Assembly: GCA_019348135.1 (NCBI GenBank) | Contig: JAHWJY010000001.1 | Location: 17,973 to 81,972 of the forward strand | Reading direction: 5' to 3' | Origin: Actinomycetota bacterium | Lineage (GTDB): Bacteria > Actinomycetota > Nitriliruptoria > Nitriliruptorales > Nitriliruptoraceae | Length of the DNA: 64,000 nt | Part shown: positions 20,233-29,837 of the stretch, piece by piece | Layout of the letters: each line of letters opens with the position of its first letter | How positions within the stretch are numbered: the first letter of the stretch is position 1 | Program-made: the position numbers and the translations under genes | Notes under the pieces: generated by a model | Told to the model about the DNA's origin: nothing | Seen by the model: only the letters and a program-made list of their open reading frames with translations | The model's database searches: none

Positions 20233-21075
20233 TCAGCTGGTCGCGGCACCCCGCCGGCGGAGCGCCGTGACGGTGTCGCGCACGGTGAGGACCATGAAGA
20301 ACTCGAGCACGGTCACCAGCGCGATGGTCGGTGCCGCGGCCGTGCCGAGGTGGAAGCTCGCGAGCATCCCGGCGAGCACGCCGACGGCGCCGAAGACGAT
20401 CGCCGCCAGCGTCATCACGGGGACCCGCCGGGCGAACAGCGCCGCCGTGGCCGGCGGGGCCACGATGAACGCGAAGACGAGGAGCGTGCCCACGGTCCGG
20501 AACGACGTCACGATCGCGAGCGCGACCAGGGCGAGCAACCCGGCGTGCGTCAGCTTGGGACGCAGCCCCAGCGCCTCCGCCTTGACCTCGCTGAAGGTCA
20601 GCACGAGGAACGGCCGGTAGAGGAGGGTGCTCACGACCACGGTGACCACCATCGCCACGGCCGTCACGACGACGTCCGAGCGGGTCACGCCCAGCGGGTC
20701 GCCGAACAGGAAGCTCGTCAGGGCGCCCGCGAAGGACGACGAGGTCGACACGATCGCCACGCCGAGGGCGAGCATCCCCACGAAGAGCAGCGCGATGCCG
20801 ACGTCCTCGGCCAGCCGCGCCCGACGGTGGACGACGTTGACGCCGGCGACCATGACGCCGGCGCCGAGCGCGGCCCCGATCGTGAGGTCGAACGCGGCGA
20901 GGTGCGCGACGGCGATCCCCGGCAGCACCCCGTGCGCGAGCGCATCCCCCATGAACGACATGCCGCGGAGCACCACCCACGTCCCCACGACGGACGTCAT
21001 CACGACCGTGAGCAGGGCGGCGAGCACGCCCGTCCGCATGAACCCGTACCCGAGGGGCTCCACGAGCCAGTCCAC
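20233..21075 (-). CDS. znuB: metal ABC transporter permease (ZnuB/TroCD family)
   Basis: 280 aa, multi-TM, with FMGDALAHGVLPG, a motif typical of ABC-3 permeases. Confidence 0.85.
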   Translation of the reverse strand: MDWLVEPLGYGFMRTGVLAALLTVVMTSVVGTWVVLRGMSFMGDALAHGVLPGIAVAHLAAFDLTIGAALGAGVMVAGVNVVHRRARLAEDVGIALLFVGMLALGVAIVSTSSSFAGALTSFLFGDPLGVTRSDVVVTAVAMVVTVVVSTLLYRPFLVLTFSEVKAEALGLRPKLTHAGLLALVALAIVTSFRTVGTLLVFAFIVAPPATAALFARRVPVMTLAAIVFGAVGVLAGMLASFHLGTAAAPTIALVTVLEFFMVLTVRDTVTALRRRGAATS

Positions 21076-21105
21076 CGTGCCTCCTGCCCGTGCGTCCAGC
21101 CGGTG

Positions 21106-22089
21106 TCAGCCGAGCGCGTCGGCGATGAGCCGGGCGTCGGTCCGGAGCAGGTCCGCGTAGGTCTCCGCGCCGGAGCCTGCCTCACCGAGGGCGTCGGTGT
21201 ACAGCGTGACGACCTCGACGTCGCGGCCGACCTCCCGGGCGAGCGACCGCGCGAGCCGGTCGTCGGTCGTGTTCTCGGCGAAGATCGCCGGGAGGTCCCG
21301 CTCACGGATGACGTCCACCAGCCCCGCGAGCCGGCCCGCATCCGCCGAGGCGAGCGTGCCGCCACCGGGGATGACGGAGTCGACGATCTCGAGGTCGTAC
21401 CGGGCGGCGAGGTAGCCGATGGCTTCGTGGTTCGTGACGAGGACGCGACGCTCCGCGGGGATGTCCTCCAGGATCGTCCGGAGCTCCTCGTCGAGCGCGA
21501 GCAGGTTCGCGGCGAGCTCGGCGCCGCGCTCCTCCCACTCCTCGTCCGGTAGCGCGTCGTCGACCTCCGCGAGGCGTGCGGCGACGATCGCGACGCCGTC
21601 GGCCATGCGCACGGGGTCGAACCACACGTGCGGATCGGCTCCGCCCTCCTCGTGGCCGTGGTCGTCCTCCGCCTCGCCGTCACCCTCCTCCGCGTGGCCC
21701 TCCTCGGCGTGGTCCTCGAACGCGATCGGGTCCAGCTGGGGCGCCAGCTCGACCACCTCGGCGCCGTCGGCCTCGGCGGCCTCCAGCAGATCCACGAGCG
21801 ACTCCTCGAGCCCGAGGCCGTTGGCGACCACGAGGTCGGCGTCGCGGACGTCCGCCGCCTGCGCGGCCGAGGGGGCGAAGGCGTGCGGGTCGACGCCGGG
21901 GCCCATCAGGACCTGCACCTCCCCGTCCTCGCCGACGAGGTCGCCGACGAGGTCGCCGAGGATCGACGTCGTGGCCACCACCCGGAGCCCCTCACCGGCC
22001 GGCTCGCCGGTCGAGCCGTCGCTGCAGCCGGCGGCGACGAGCCCGAGCAGCGGGAGGAGGGCCAGGAGCGGGGAGCGGCGCAGACGCAT
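21106..22089 (-). CDS. znuA: metal ABC transporter substrate-binding lipoprotein with His/Asp/Glu-rich loop (ZnuA-like)
   Basis: ATG at 22089, lipobox LVAAGC, and DHAEEGHAEEGDGEAEDDHGHEEGGADPHVWFDP (acidic His-rich loop plus the PHxW motif). Confidence 0.85.
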   Translation of the reverse strand: MRLRRSPLLALLPLLGLVAAGCSDGSTGEPAGEGLRVVATTSILGDLVGDLVGEDGEVQVLMGPGVDPHAFAPSAAQAADVRDADLVVANGLGLEESLVDLLEAAEADGAEVVELAPQLDPIAFEDHAEEGHAEEGDGEAEDDHGHEEGGADPHVWFDPVRMADGVAIVAARLAEVDDALPDEEWEERGAELAANLLALDEELRTILEDIPAERRVLVTNHEAIGYLAARYDLEIVDSVIPGGGTLASADAGRLAGLVDVIRERDLPAIFAENTTDDRLARSLAREVGRDVEVVTLYTDALGEAGSGAETYADLLRTDARLIADALG

Positions 22090-22128
22090 CGGAGGATCCA
22101 GGGGGAGGACGGGGAACCGCGGCGAGAG

Positions 22129-22159
22129 GAGAACGATATCGAGAACGATTCCTAGAACG
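22129..22159. promoter_or_regulatory. three direct repeats at 12-bp phasing (GAGAACGATatc / GAGAACGATtcc / tAGAACGcaa) in the divergent znuA-znuC intergenic region; candidate Zur operator
   Basis: Read directly from an AT-enriched patch. A hexamer pattern (GAGAAC GATATC GAGAAC GATTCC TAGAAC) is reminiscent of Fur-box hexamer arrays. Confidence 0.4.
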
Positions 22160-22200
22160 CAACCGAGGGGGTAGGCTGTGCCCGCACCAAGAGGAGCGAC

Positions 22201-23010
22201 GTGGAGCCGACACCCACCCGAGCCGGCACGGGGACGCCCGCCGTCCACGCGCACGACCTCGTCGTGTCCTACGACGGCGTGGTCGCGCTGCGCGCCGACG
22301 ACCTCACCATCCCGCGGGGCCGCACCACGGCGCTGATCGGCCCCAACGGCTCGGGCAAGTCCACGCTCCTGAACGCCATCGCCGGCCTCGCGGAGGTGCG
22401 GGGCGTGATGACGGTCCTCGACCGGCGACCACGCGCGGCGCGCCGGAGCATCGCCTACGTGCTGCAGACGACGGGCATCAACGACCGCGTCCCGTTGACC
22501 GTCCGTGAGGTCGTCACCATGGGTCGGTACGCCGAGCTGGGTGCCGTCCGCCGACTCCGGGGTGAGGACCGCGAGCTCGTCGACGAGGCCCTCGAGCGGC
22601 TCGACATCACCGATCTGGCCGCGCGCCACATCACCGAGCTCTCCGGCGGACAGCGGCAGCGCGTGTTCGTGGCGCAGGGGCTGGCGCAGCGCGCCGAGAT
22701 GCTCCTGCTCGACGAGCCCGGGACGGGCCTGGACTTCCTCTCCGAGGAGCGCATCGGCGAGGTCATCCGCGAGGAGGTCGCCCGCGGGGGCACGGTGATC
22801 CTGTCCACCCACGACTTCGCCGACGCCCAGGCCGCGGACGCCGTGGTGCTGCTGAGCGGCCACGTCGTCGCCGCCGGCCCCCCGTCGGAGGTGCTCACCC
22901 AGGACCTCGTGTCGACCGCCTTCGGCGGTCACGCACACGTGCTGGACGACGGCACCGTCCTGATCGACGACCCGCACCACCACGGCTACCTGGGACGGAC
23001 CCACCGCTGA
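22201..23010 (+). CDS. znuC: metal ABC transporter ATP-binding protein
   Basis: Walker A GPNGSGKST, signature LSGGQRQR, Walker B LLLDEP. Confidence 0.9.
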   Translation: MEPTPTRAGTGTPAVHAHDLVVSYDGVVALRADDLTIPRGRTTALIGPNGSGKSTLLNAIAGLAEVRGVMTVLDRRPRAARRSIAYVLQTTGINDRVPLTVREVVTMGRYAELGAVRRLRGEDRELVDEALERLDITDLAARHITELSGGQRQRVFVAQGLAQRAEMLLLDEPGTGLDFLSEERIGEVIREEVARGGTVILSTHDFADAQAADAVVLLSGHVVAAGPPSEVLTQDLVSTAFGGHAHVLDDGTVLIDDPHHHGYLGRTHR

Positions 23011-23125
23011 GAGCCCGTCGCGGGCTCACCACGGGACATGCCCCGCGCGTGGACGTTCGCCCGTGTCCCGCCGACGCCGCCCGGCCCGTCCGCCTCCACA
23101 CTGGGAACCCCACCGGGAGGTAGAG

Positions 23126-23548
23126 ATGCGACAGGACGACGACAAGCTCCGGCGGCTGCTCCAGGAGGCCACGTGCATCGCCGTGGTCGGGGCGTCCGAC
23201 GACGAGGACAAGGCCGCACACGACGTTCCCGCCTACCTCCAGGAGCGCGGCTACCGGATCATCCCCGTGAACCCCGGCAGCAGCGAGATCCTGGGCGAGC
23301 CGGCGTTCGACGACCTCAGCGAGGTCGACCAGTCCGTCGACGTGGTCGAGGTCTTCCGCCCCGCCGAGGAGGCGCCGGCCCTCGCACGCAAGGCGGCCGC
23401 GCTCGGTGCGTCCGTGCTGTGGCTGCAGGAGGGCATCGTGTCCGAGGAGGCCCAGCGCATCGCCGAGGAGGCCGGCCTCGAGGTCGTCATGGACGAGTGC
23501 ATGATGAAGAACCACCGCCGGCTCGTCGCCTCGGGCTCGTCGAGCTAG
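23126..23548 (+). CDS. CoA-binding domain protein (YccU/YneT-like)
   Basis: GGGAGG RBS then ATG at 23126. IAVVGASDDEDKAAHDVPAYL...GYRIIPVNP is typical of the family. Confidence 0.75.
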   Translation: MRQDDDKLRRLLQEATCIAVVGASDDEDKAAHDVPAYLQERGYRIIPVNPGSSEILGEPAFDDLSEVDQSVDVVEVFRPAEEAPALARKAAALGASVLWLQEGIVSEEAQRIAEEAGLEVVMDECMMKNHRRLVASGSSS

Positions 23549-24333
23549 AGGGCGACGATCAGCGGGGCGTGGTCGCTGGGCTTCGCGCCCTTGCGGAAGT
23601 CGCGGTCGATGCCGCACCGGCGCGCACGGGCCGCGACGTCCGGGGTGGCGAGGAACAGGTCGATGCGCATGCCGAGGTTCCGGTGGAACGCGCCGGCGCG
23701 GTAGTCCCACCACGTGAAGCCGGGCTCGTCTCCTTCGCGCTCGCTCCCCCGCTCGACCACGTGGCGGTGCAGGTCGACGACACCGGCGTCGAGCATCGCC
23801 TGCAGCCGCGAGCGTTCCTCCGGGCTCGTGTGCGTGGTCCCGACGAACCGGCGCGGGTCCCACACGTCGGCGTCGGTCGGGGCGACGTTGAGGTCGCCAC
23901 CGAGGAGCAGCGGACCGGCGGCGGCGAGCGCCGCGATGCGGTCGCGCATGGCGTCGAGGAACACGAGCTTGTCCGGGAAGCTCGGATCGAGGAGCGAACG
24001 GCCGTTGGGCACGTACACGCTGACGAGCCGGATCCCCCGCACGGTCGCCTCGACCCACCGCGCCTCGCCGGGGAGGGGCTCGCCGGCGAGCCCACGCACC
24101 GGAGCGGTCACCTCGACGTCGTCGGGCACGAGGATCGCGACCCCGGCCCACCGACCGGTCGAGTGGTCGACGGCCTGGTAGCCGGCGGCGGCGAGCTCGA
24201 GGAAGGGGAACTGCTCCTGGGCGACCTTGGTCTCCTGGAGCAGGAGCGCGTCGGGCTGGTGGACCTCGAGGAACTCGAGCACCCGCTCCATCCGCGCGCG
24301 GACGGAGTTCACGTTCCAGGTCGCGATCAGCAT
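23545..24333 (-). CDS. xthA: exodeoxyribonuclease III
   Basis: MLIATWNVNSVRAR...LLQETK...SDHAPL, the EEP nuclease signature. Confidence 0.92.
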   Translation of the reverse strand: MLIATWNVNSVRARMERVLEFLEVHQPDALLLQETKVAQEQFPFLELAAAGYQAVDHSTGRWAGVAILVPDDVEVTAPVRGLAGEPLPGEARWVEATVRGIRLVSVYVPNGRSLLDPSFPDKLVFLDAMRDRIAALAAAGPLLLGGDLNVAPTDADVWDPRRFVGTTHTSPEERSRLQAMLDAGVVDLHRHVVERGSEREGDEPGFTWWDYRAGAFHRNLGMRIDLFLATPDVAARARRCGIDRDFRKGAKPSDHAPLIVAL

Positions 24334-24346
24334 CGGTCGGCCCCGC

Positions 24347-27300
24347 TCAACGGTTCGTCTTCCTGTTGAAGACGTCGCGCAGGGTGCCGGCGACCCACGC
24401 GACGAGGTCCTTGGGCTGCTTCGTCGGCAGCGGCAGCTGGAGGACGGCGCCGTCGGACTTGTAGGTCCAGCCCGGGTGGAGACGGTCGAGACGGACCTCC
24501 TGCGAGCCCTCGAGCGAGACCGGCGCGACGCGCAGCTTGCCGGTGCTCGTGAGCGTGACCTCCTCGACCCCCCAGCGGCGCAGCGCGGCCTTGAGCGCCG
24601 CGAGGGTCAGGAGGCGGTCCGCGGCCGGCGGGGGTGGGCCGAAGCGGTCCTGCAGCTCCGCGGTGACCGCCTTCACGCCCGTCGCATCGCGGATCGCCGA
24701 GATCTTCTTGTAGAGCTCCAGCCGCTGCCTCTCGTCCTCGACGTAGTCCTTCGGCAGGTGCGCGTCGACCGGCAGCTCCAGCCGGATCTCGACGTCCGGC
24801 GGGACCTCGTTGCCGGTGAGCTGCGCCACCTCCTCCTTCAGCAGCTGCGAGTACATCTCGAACCCGACGGCGGCGACGTGACCGGACTGCTCGGCGCCGA
24901 CGACGTTGCCGGCGCCCCGCAGCTCGAGGTCGCGCATGGCGATCGAGAGACCCGAGCCGAGGCGGTTGTGGTCGGCGATCGTCTTGAGCCGCTCGTAGGC
25001 GGGCTCGGTGACCGAGGCACCCGCCGGGTAGAGGAAGTAGGCGTACGCGCGCTCGGAGGACCGGCCCACGCGGCCGCGGAGCTGGTGCAGCTGCGACAGG
25101 CCCAGGAGGTCGGCGCGCTCGATCAGCAGCGTGTTGGCGTTGGGGATGTCGAGGCCCGACTCGATGATGGTCGTGCACACCAGCACGTCGATCTCGCGCT
25201 CCCAGAAGCGCACCATCGCCGCCTCGAGCTGGCGCTCGTCCATCTGTCCGTGCGCGACCTCGACGCGGGCGTCGGGGACCAGCTCCTTCAGGTGCGAGGC
25301 GACCGAGTGGATCGTCTCGACCTGGTTGTGGAGGTAGAAGACCTGCCCGTCGCGGAGGAGCTCGCGCCGGATCGCGAGCGCGATCTGGGCCTCGTCGTAC
25401 TCCTGCACGATCGTCATGACCGGCTGCCGGTCCTCGGGTGGCGTCTCGATGATGCTCATGTCGCGGATGCCCGTGACCGCCATCTCGAGCGTGCGCGGGA
25501 TCGGCGTGGCCGACATCGACAGGACGTCGACGTCGGTGCGGAGCTGCTTCAGCCGCTCCTTCTGCGACACGCCGAAGCGCTGCTCCTCGTCGACGACGAC
25601 GAGCCCGAGGTCCTTCCACTGGATCGTCCTGCCGAGCAGGATGTGCGTGCCGACCACGATGTCGACCGTGCCGGCGGCCAGCCCGTCCATCGTCTCCTTG
25701 CGTTCCTTCGTCGGGACGAAGCGGCTCACCATGCGGACCTCGACGGGGAACCCGAGGAACCGCTCGCGGAACGTCTCGAAGTGCTGCTGCGCGAGGATCG
25801 TCGTGGGGACGAGGACCGCGACCTGCTTGCCGTCGAAGACCGCCTTGCCGGCCGCCCGCACCGCCACCTCGGTCTTGCCGAAGCCGACGTCGCCGGCGAG
25901 CAGGCGGTCCATCGGCAGCGGCGCCTCCATGTCCTGCTTGATCTCGTCGACCGTCGTGAGCTGGTCGCTGGTCTCGACGTGCGGGAAGGCGTCCTCGAGC
26001 TCGCGCTGCATCATCCCGTCCGGACTGAACGCGTGGCCCGGGGAGTGCATGCGGGCGGCGTAGAGGCGGATCAGCTCGGCGGCGATGTCGCGCACCGCCT
26101 TGCGCACGCGGTTCTTGGCGCGCTCCCACTGCGCCCCGCCGAGGCTCATCACGCTCGGCTTCTCGCCCCCGGCGTACTTCGCGATGGCGTCGACCTGGTC
26201 GGACGGCACGAACAGCGAGTCACCGTTGGCGTACTCGAGCTTGACGTAGTCCTTGCGCGCGGTCTCCCCGGTCGGCCCGCTGACCTCGCGCGTGACCATG
26301 CCGCGGTAGATCCCCACGCCGTGGGTGCGGTGGACGATCGGGTCGCCCTCCTTCAGCTCCAGCACCGTGTCGGCGGCGGACGATCGCGCGCCCATCCGAC
26401 GCGTGGCCTTCCTCGCCCGGCGCGGTCCGAAGACGTCCCACTCGCCCAGCAGCGCGAGCCCGAGGCCGTCCGGCGCGAGGAACCCCTCCCGCAGCGAGCT
26501 CGGCACGACCTCGACGCGCCCCGGCTGCGGGTCGACGCCGGCGACGTCGGCCAGGACCGACGGGACGGCGTGCTCGGCGAGCACCTCGGTGAGACGCTTC
26601 GCGGTCCCCTCCCCCACGGTCGAGACCACCACGCGGGTGCCCTCCGCCAGGTGCCGCTTCAGCCGCTGCGCGAGCGCCGCGACGTCGCCGCGGTAGGACG
26701 CCCACGGCTCGCCCGGGAGCTTGGCGACCCCGAACGGGGTGAGCTCCCAGCTGCGACAGTCGCTGCGCTCGAGCAGCTCGTCGACGGTGGCGAAGCCGTC
26801 GTCCTCCGGCCGGTGCCCGGCGGCGGTCTCCCACGCGGTGTCGATCAGGACCTGCGCCTCCTCGTGGAGCTTGGTCGCGCGGTCCCGGAGCACCATCGGG
26901 TCGACCAGGGCGATGCCTGCGCCGTCGGGGAGGAAGTCCGGCAGCAGCCCGGGTCGCGGGTGCAGCAGCGTGACGAGCGACTCGACGCCCTCGAAGGTGA
27001 GGCCGTCGGCGAGCTTGTCGAGGTGCTCCCGCAGGCTCGGGTACCGCGCGACCATCTCCCGCGCCCGGGCCTTGAGCTCGTCGTCGATCACCAGCTCGCG
27101 GGCGGGGTCGATCACGACCCGGTCGACCGCGCCCACCGAGCGCTGGTCGCCGACGCCGAAGGACCGCATCGACTCGATGTCGTCGCCCCAGAACTCGAGC
27201 CGGACGGCGTGGTCGGATGCCGTGGGGAAGACGTCCACGATGCCGCCGCGGACCGCGAACTCGCCCCGCGACTCCACCTGGGGGGTGCGCGCGTACCCCA

Positions 27301-27820
27301 GCTCGGCGAGCCCCTCGAGCAACCCGTCGAACGTCCCCTCCGACGCGGTCGCGTCGATCTCGATCGGCGCCCGCCGGCCCAGGGACGGGTCCATCGGCTG
27401 CAGGGCGGCGCGGACGGGGGTGACGACCGCCAGGAGCGGCTCGTCGTACGCCTCGGGGCGCACGAGCCGGTCGATGACCGCGAGCCGCCGGCCCACCGTC
27501 GCCGGCTGCGGCGACAGCCGTTCGTGGGGCAGCGTCTCCCAGGCCGGGAACACGGCGACCCGGCCGGCGCCGAGGAACGCCTCGAGACCGTCGGCGACGG
27601 CCTCCGCGTCCGAGGACCGCGGGGTCACGACCAGCAGCGGCGTGCACCGCTCGACCAGCAGCGACAGCACGAACGGACGCGCGGACGGGGTCAGTGCCAG
27701 CTCGCCGGCGTCGAGGTCCTCCTCCAGCTGGGCGCGGCCGTGCCGGAGCAGCGCGGCGAGCGGCCCGCCGGCGAGGCCGGGGTCCGTCACGTCGTCGATG
27801 GTCCGGGGGGAGGAGGTCAC
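24347..27820 (-). CDS. mfd: transcription-repair coupling factor
   Basis: 1157 aa with a CarD-like region, DEAD/H helicase motifs (GDVGFGKTEVA, VVDEEQRFGV) and a TRG/TRCF C-terminus. Confidence 0.97.
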   Translation of the reverse strand: MTSSPRTIDDVTDPGLAGGPLAALLRHGRAQLEEDLDAGELALTPSARPFVLSLLVERCTPLLVVTPRSSDAEAVADGLEAFLGAGRVAVFPAWETLPHERLSPQPATVGRRLAVIDRLVRPEAYDEPLLAVVTPVRAALQPMDPSLGRRAPIEIDATASEGTFDGLLEGLAELGYARTPQVESRGEFAVRGGIVDVFPTASDHAVRLEFWGDDIESMRSFGVGDQRSVGAVDRVVIDPARELVIDDELKARAREMVARYPSLREHLDKLADGLTFEGVESLVTLLHPRPGLLPDFLPDGAGIALVDPMVLRDRATKLHEEAQVLIDTAWETAAGHRPEDDGFATVDELLERSDCRSWELTPFGVAKLPGEPWASYRGDVAALAQRLKRHLAEGTRVVVSTVGEGTAKRLTEVLAEHAVPSVLADVAGVDPQPGRVEVVPSSLREGFLAPDGLGLALLGEWDVFGPRRARKATRRMGARSSAADTVLELKEGDPIVHRTHGVGIYRGMVTREVSGPTGETARKDYVKLEYANGDSLFVPSDQVDAIAKYAGGEKPSVMSLGGAQWERAKNRVRKAVRDIAAELIRLYAARMHSPGHAFSPDGMMQRELEDAFPHVETSDQLTTVDEIKQDMEAPLPMDRLLAGDVGFGKTEVAVRAAGKAVFDGKQVAVLVPTTILAQQHFETFRERFLGFPVEVRMVSRFVPTKERKETMDGLAAGTVDIVVGTHILLGRTIQWKDLGLVVVDEEQRFGVSQKERLKQLRTDVDVLSMSATPIPRTLEMAVTGIRDMSIIETPPEDRQPVMTIVQEYDEAQIALAIRRELLRDGQVFYLHNQVETIHSVASHLKELVPDARVEVAHGQMDERQLEAAMVRFWEREIDVLVCTTIIESGLDIPNANTLLIERADLLGLSQLHQLRGRVGRSSERAYAYFLYPAGASVTEPAYERLKTIADHNRLGSGLSIAMRDLELRGAGNVVGAEQSGHVAAVGFEMYSQLLKEEVAQLTGNEVPPDVEIRLELPVDAHLPKDYVEDERQRLELYKKISAIRDATGVKAVTAELQDRFGPPPPAADRLLTLAALKAALRRWGVEEVTLTSTGKLRVAPVSLEGSQEVRLDRLHPGWTYKSDGAVLQLPLPTKQPKDLVAWVAGTLRDVFNRKTNR

Positions 27821-27936
27821 ACGGGAGCCCGATCCGGGAGCGGCCGACGAGGGTACGTGGTCGCCGTCGCGCCCCCGACGCCGGTCCGTGTGGCAGGCTC
27901 GGGTGGGGGCAGGGACGACAGGGAGGCCGACCGGAC

Positions 27937-28575
27937 GTGGTCGAGGACGTACGACACCCCATCTTCGCGCGGGTCTACACGCGGTTGAGCCGCGCCATGG
28001 AGGACGGCGGCCTGGCCGAGCACCGGGCCCGGCTCCTCGAGGGCCTGTCGGGAGAGGTGCTCGAGGTCGGTGCCGGCAACGGCATGAACTTCCGCCACTA
28101 CCCGCCGTCGGTCACGCGTGTGCTCGCGGTCGAGCCCGAGCCCTACCTCCGCCGGCAGGCGCAGCGCAACGCGGCCGAGGCCGGGGTGCCCGTCGAGGTG
28201 GTCGACGGGGTGGCCGGCGAGCTCCCCGTCCCGGACCGCAGCTACGACGCCGTGGTGTGCTCGCTCGTCCTCTGCTCGGTGCCCGACCAGCGCGCGGCGC
28301 TGGTGGACGTCCGACGGGCGCTCCGCCGGGGCGGCGAGCTGCGCTTCTTCGAGCACGTGGTCTCACCCGGCCGCCCGCTCGCGACCGTCCAGCGGGCCCT
28401 CGACGCGACCGTGTGGCCACTCGTCGCCGGCGGCTGCCACGCCGCGCGCGACACCGCGTCGGCGATCGAGGCCGCCGGCTTCGAGCTGGTCGAGCTCGAC
28501 CGGTTCCGGTTCCCCGCCGGCCCCGTCCCCGCGCCGACGGCGCCCCACATCCTCGGGCGGGCCGTGCTGCGGTGA
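27937..28575 (+). CDS. class I SAM-dependent methyltransferase
   Basis: GGGAGG RBS then GTG at 27937. SAM motif VLEVGAGNG and ...LRRGGELRFFEH. Confidence 0.8.
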   Translation: MVEDVRHPIFARVYTRLSRAMEDGGLAEHRARLLEGLSGEVLEVGAGNGMNFRHYPPSVTRVLAVEPEPYLRRQAQRNAAEAGVPVEVVDGVAGELPVPDRSYDAVVCSLVLCSVPDQRAALVDVRRALRRGGELRFFEHVVSPGRPLATVQRALDATVWPLVAGGCHAARDTASAIEAAGFELVELDRFRFPAGPVPAPTAPHILGRAVLR

Positions 28576-28579
28576 CCGG

Positions 28580-29227
28580 TCAGCGCTGCTTCTTACCCGG
28601 TCGCGGCATGTAGCCCTGCGGGATCGGCATGCCCCGGTCGAGCGGCGCGAGCTTGCGCTCGAGCTTCGGGACCTCGGTCTTCGACAGGGCGCGGGGCAGC
28701 TTCGTCATCGTGAACGACAGCTTCTGCAGGGAGGTCGCGTCCTCGCCGTGGCCGACCCGGATCGTGTGCAGCGGCGTGTCTCCCAGCACCCGGGAGACCT
28801 TCTTCTGCTCCTGCGCCAGGAGGGCCTTGACCCTCGCCGGCGAGTCCCCCTCGGCGACGAGCACGACGCCGGGGCGGCCCACCACGCGGTGCACGAGGTC
28901 CTGCTTCTTGTTGAAGGCGACCGCCGGGGTGACGAACCACTGGCCGCGGAGCGACTGCAGCACGGCGGCGGCCGCGCCCGGCTGGCCCTCGATCATCGAC
29001 AGCTGGGCGCGCTGGGAGCGGCGCCCGAAGACGATCAGGCCGACGAGCGACGCCAGCAGGATCGCCGAGAGCGTGCCGAGGATCCAGCGGCCCGCGAGCA
29101 GCCCGAGGAGCCCCAGCACGACCAGGAACGTGAGCGCGACGGCGCCCGCGACGACCGGCACGAGCTTGTCGTCGGCCTCCTTCGTGGCGACGAACGCCGC
29201 TCGGAGCTGCGCGAGACGTTCCTTCAT
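28580..29227 (-). CDS. DUF4191-like membrane protein
   Basis: ATG at 29227 overlaps the pth stop (ATGA). N-terminal MKERLAQLRAAF, two TM helices and a basic C-terminus. Confidence 0.55.
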   Translation of the reverse strand: MKERLAQLRAAFVATKEADDKLVPVVAGAVALTFLVVLGLLGLLAGRWILGTLSAILLASLVGLIVFGRRSQRAQLSMIEGQPGAAAAVLQSLRGQWFVTPAVAFNKKQDLVHRVVGRPGVVLVAEGDSPARVKALLAQEQKKVSRVLGDTPLHTIRVGHGEDATSLQKLSFTMTKLPRALSKTEVPKLERKLAPLDRGMPIPQGYMPRPGKKQR

Positions 29228-29811
29228 CGGGGGGTCTCCTGGTGGTAGCGGTTCTGCGTCGGCTCGAGCCCGTCGCGGATCAGCATCTCGACCGCGTCGC
29301 CGGCCTCCTGCAACGTCACGTCGATGCTCGCACGTTCGGTGGGTGCGAAGCGACGCAGCACGAAGTCCTTCGCGGGCTGGCGGCCGGGGGGCCGGCCGAT
29401 CCCGATCCTCACGCGGAGGTAGTCCCGCGTCCCGAGCGCACGGTCGATGTCCCGCAGTCCGTTGTGGCCGGCGTGCCCGCCACCCCGCTTGAGCTTCAGC
29501 CGGCCGACCTCCACGTCGAGGTCGTCGTGCAGGACGATGACCTGCGCCGGCTCGACCTTGAACCAGGCGGCCGCCTGCTGGACGGGCCCGCCCGACAGGT
29601 TCATGTAGGTCGACGGGACCACGAGCGCCGCCGGTCGACCGCCGAGCCGGGTCTCGGCGACCTCGCAGCGGACGCGTCGGTTGCGCGAGAGCGGGGCGTG
29701 CTCGCGCTCGGCGAGGACCCGGACGGCGTCGGCACCCACGTTGTGGCGCGTGCCGCCGTACTCGCCCTCGGGGTTGCCGAGGCCGACGACGAGCCAGCGG
29801 TCGTCGGCCAT
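29224..29811 (-). CDS. pth: peptidyl-tRNA hydrolase
   Basis: GGAG RBS then ATG at 29811 (MADDRWLVVGLGNPG-type N-terminus). Motifs TRHNVG and HAGHNGLRDI. Confidence 0.95.
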   Translation of the reverse strand: MADDRWLVVGLGNPEGEYGGTRHNVGADAVRVLAEREHAPLSRNRRVRCEVAETRLGGRPAALVVPSTYMNLSGGPVQQAAAWFKVEPAQVIVLHDDLDVEVGRLKLKRGGGHAGHNGLRDIDRALGTRDYLRVRIGIGRPPGRQPAKDFVLRRFAPTERASIDVTLQEAGDAVEMLIRDGLEPTQNRYHQETPR

Positions 29812-29837
29812 CGGCAGCTCCACTCAGCGGGCCTGCG

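Noticed and set aside
22129-22159. Periodic short repeats considered as a possible CRISPR or mobile-element end
   Set aside because: There are only three 9-bp units with 3-nt spacers and no cas genes. The location in a divergent promoter fits an operator instead.
24227-27988. 1253-aa plus-strand ORF
   Set aside because: It is antisense to the unmistakable mfd gene, its composition is dominated by R/G/D/L/V with no recognisable motifs, and it is a shadow ORF. The same applies to 32005..34971 (antisense to prs/glmU), 14911..17022 (antisense to eno), 45191..47068 and the other long Arg-rich ORFs in the track.
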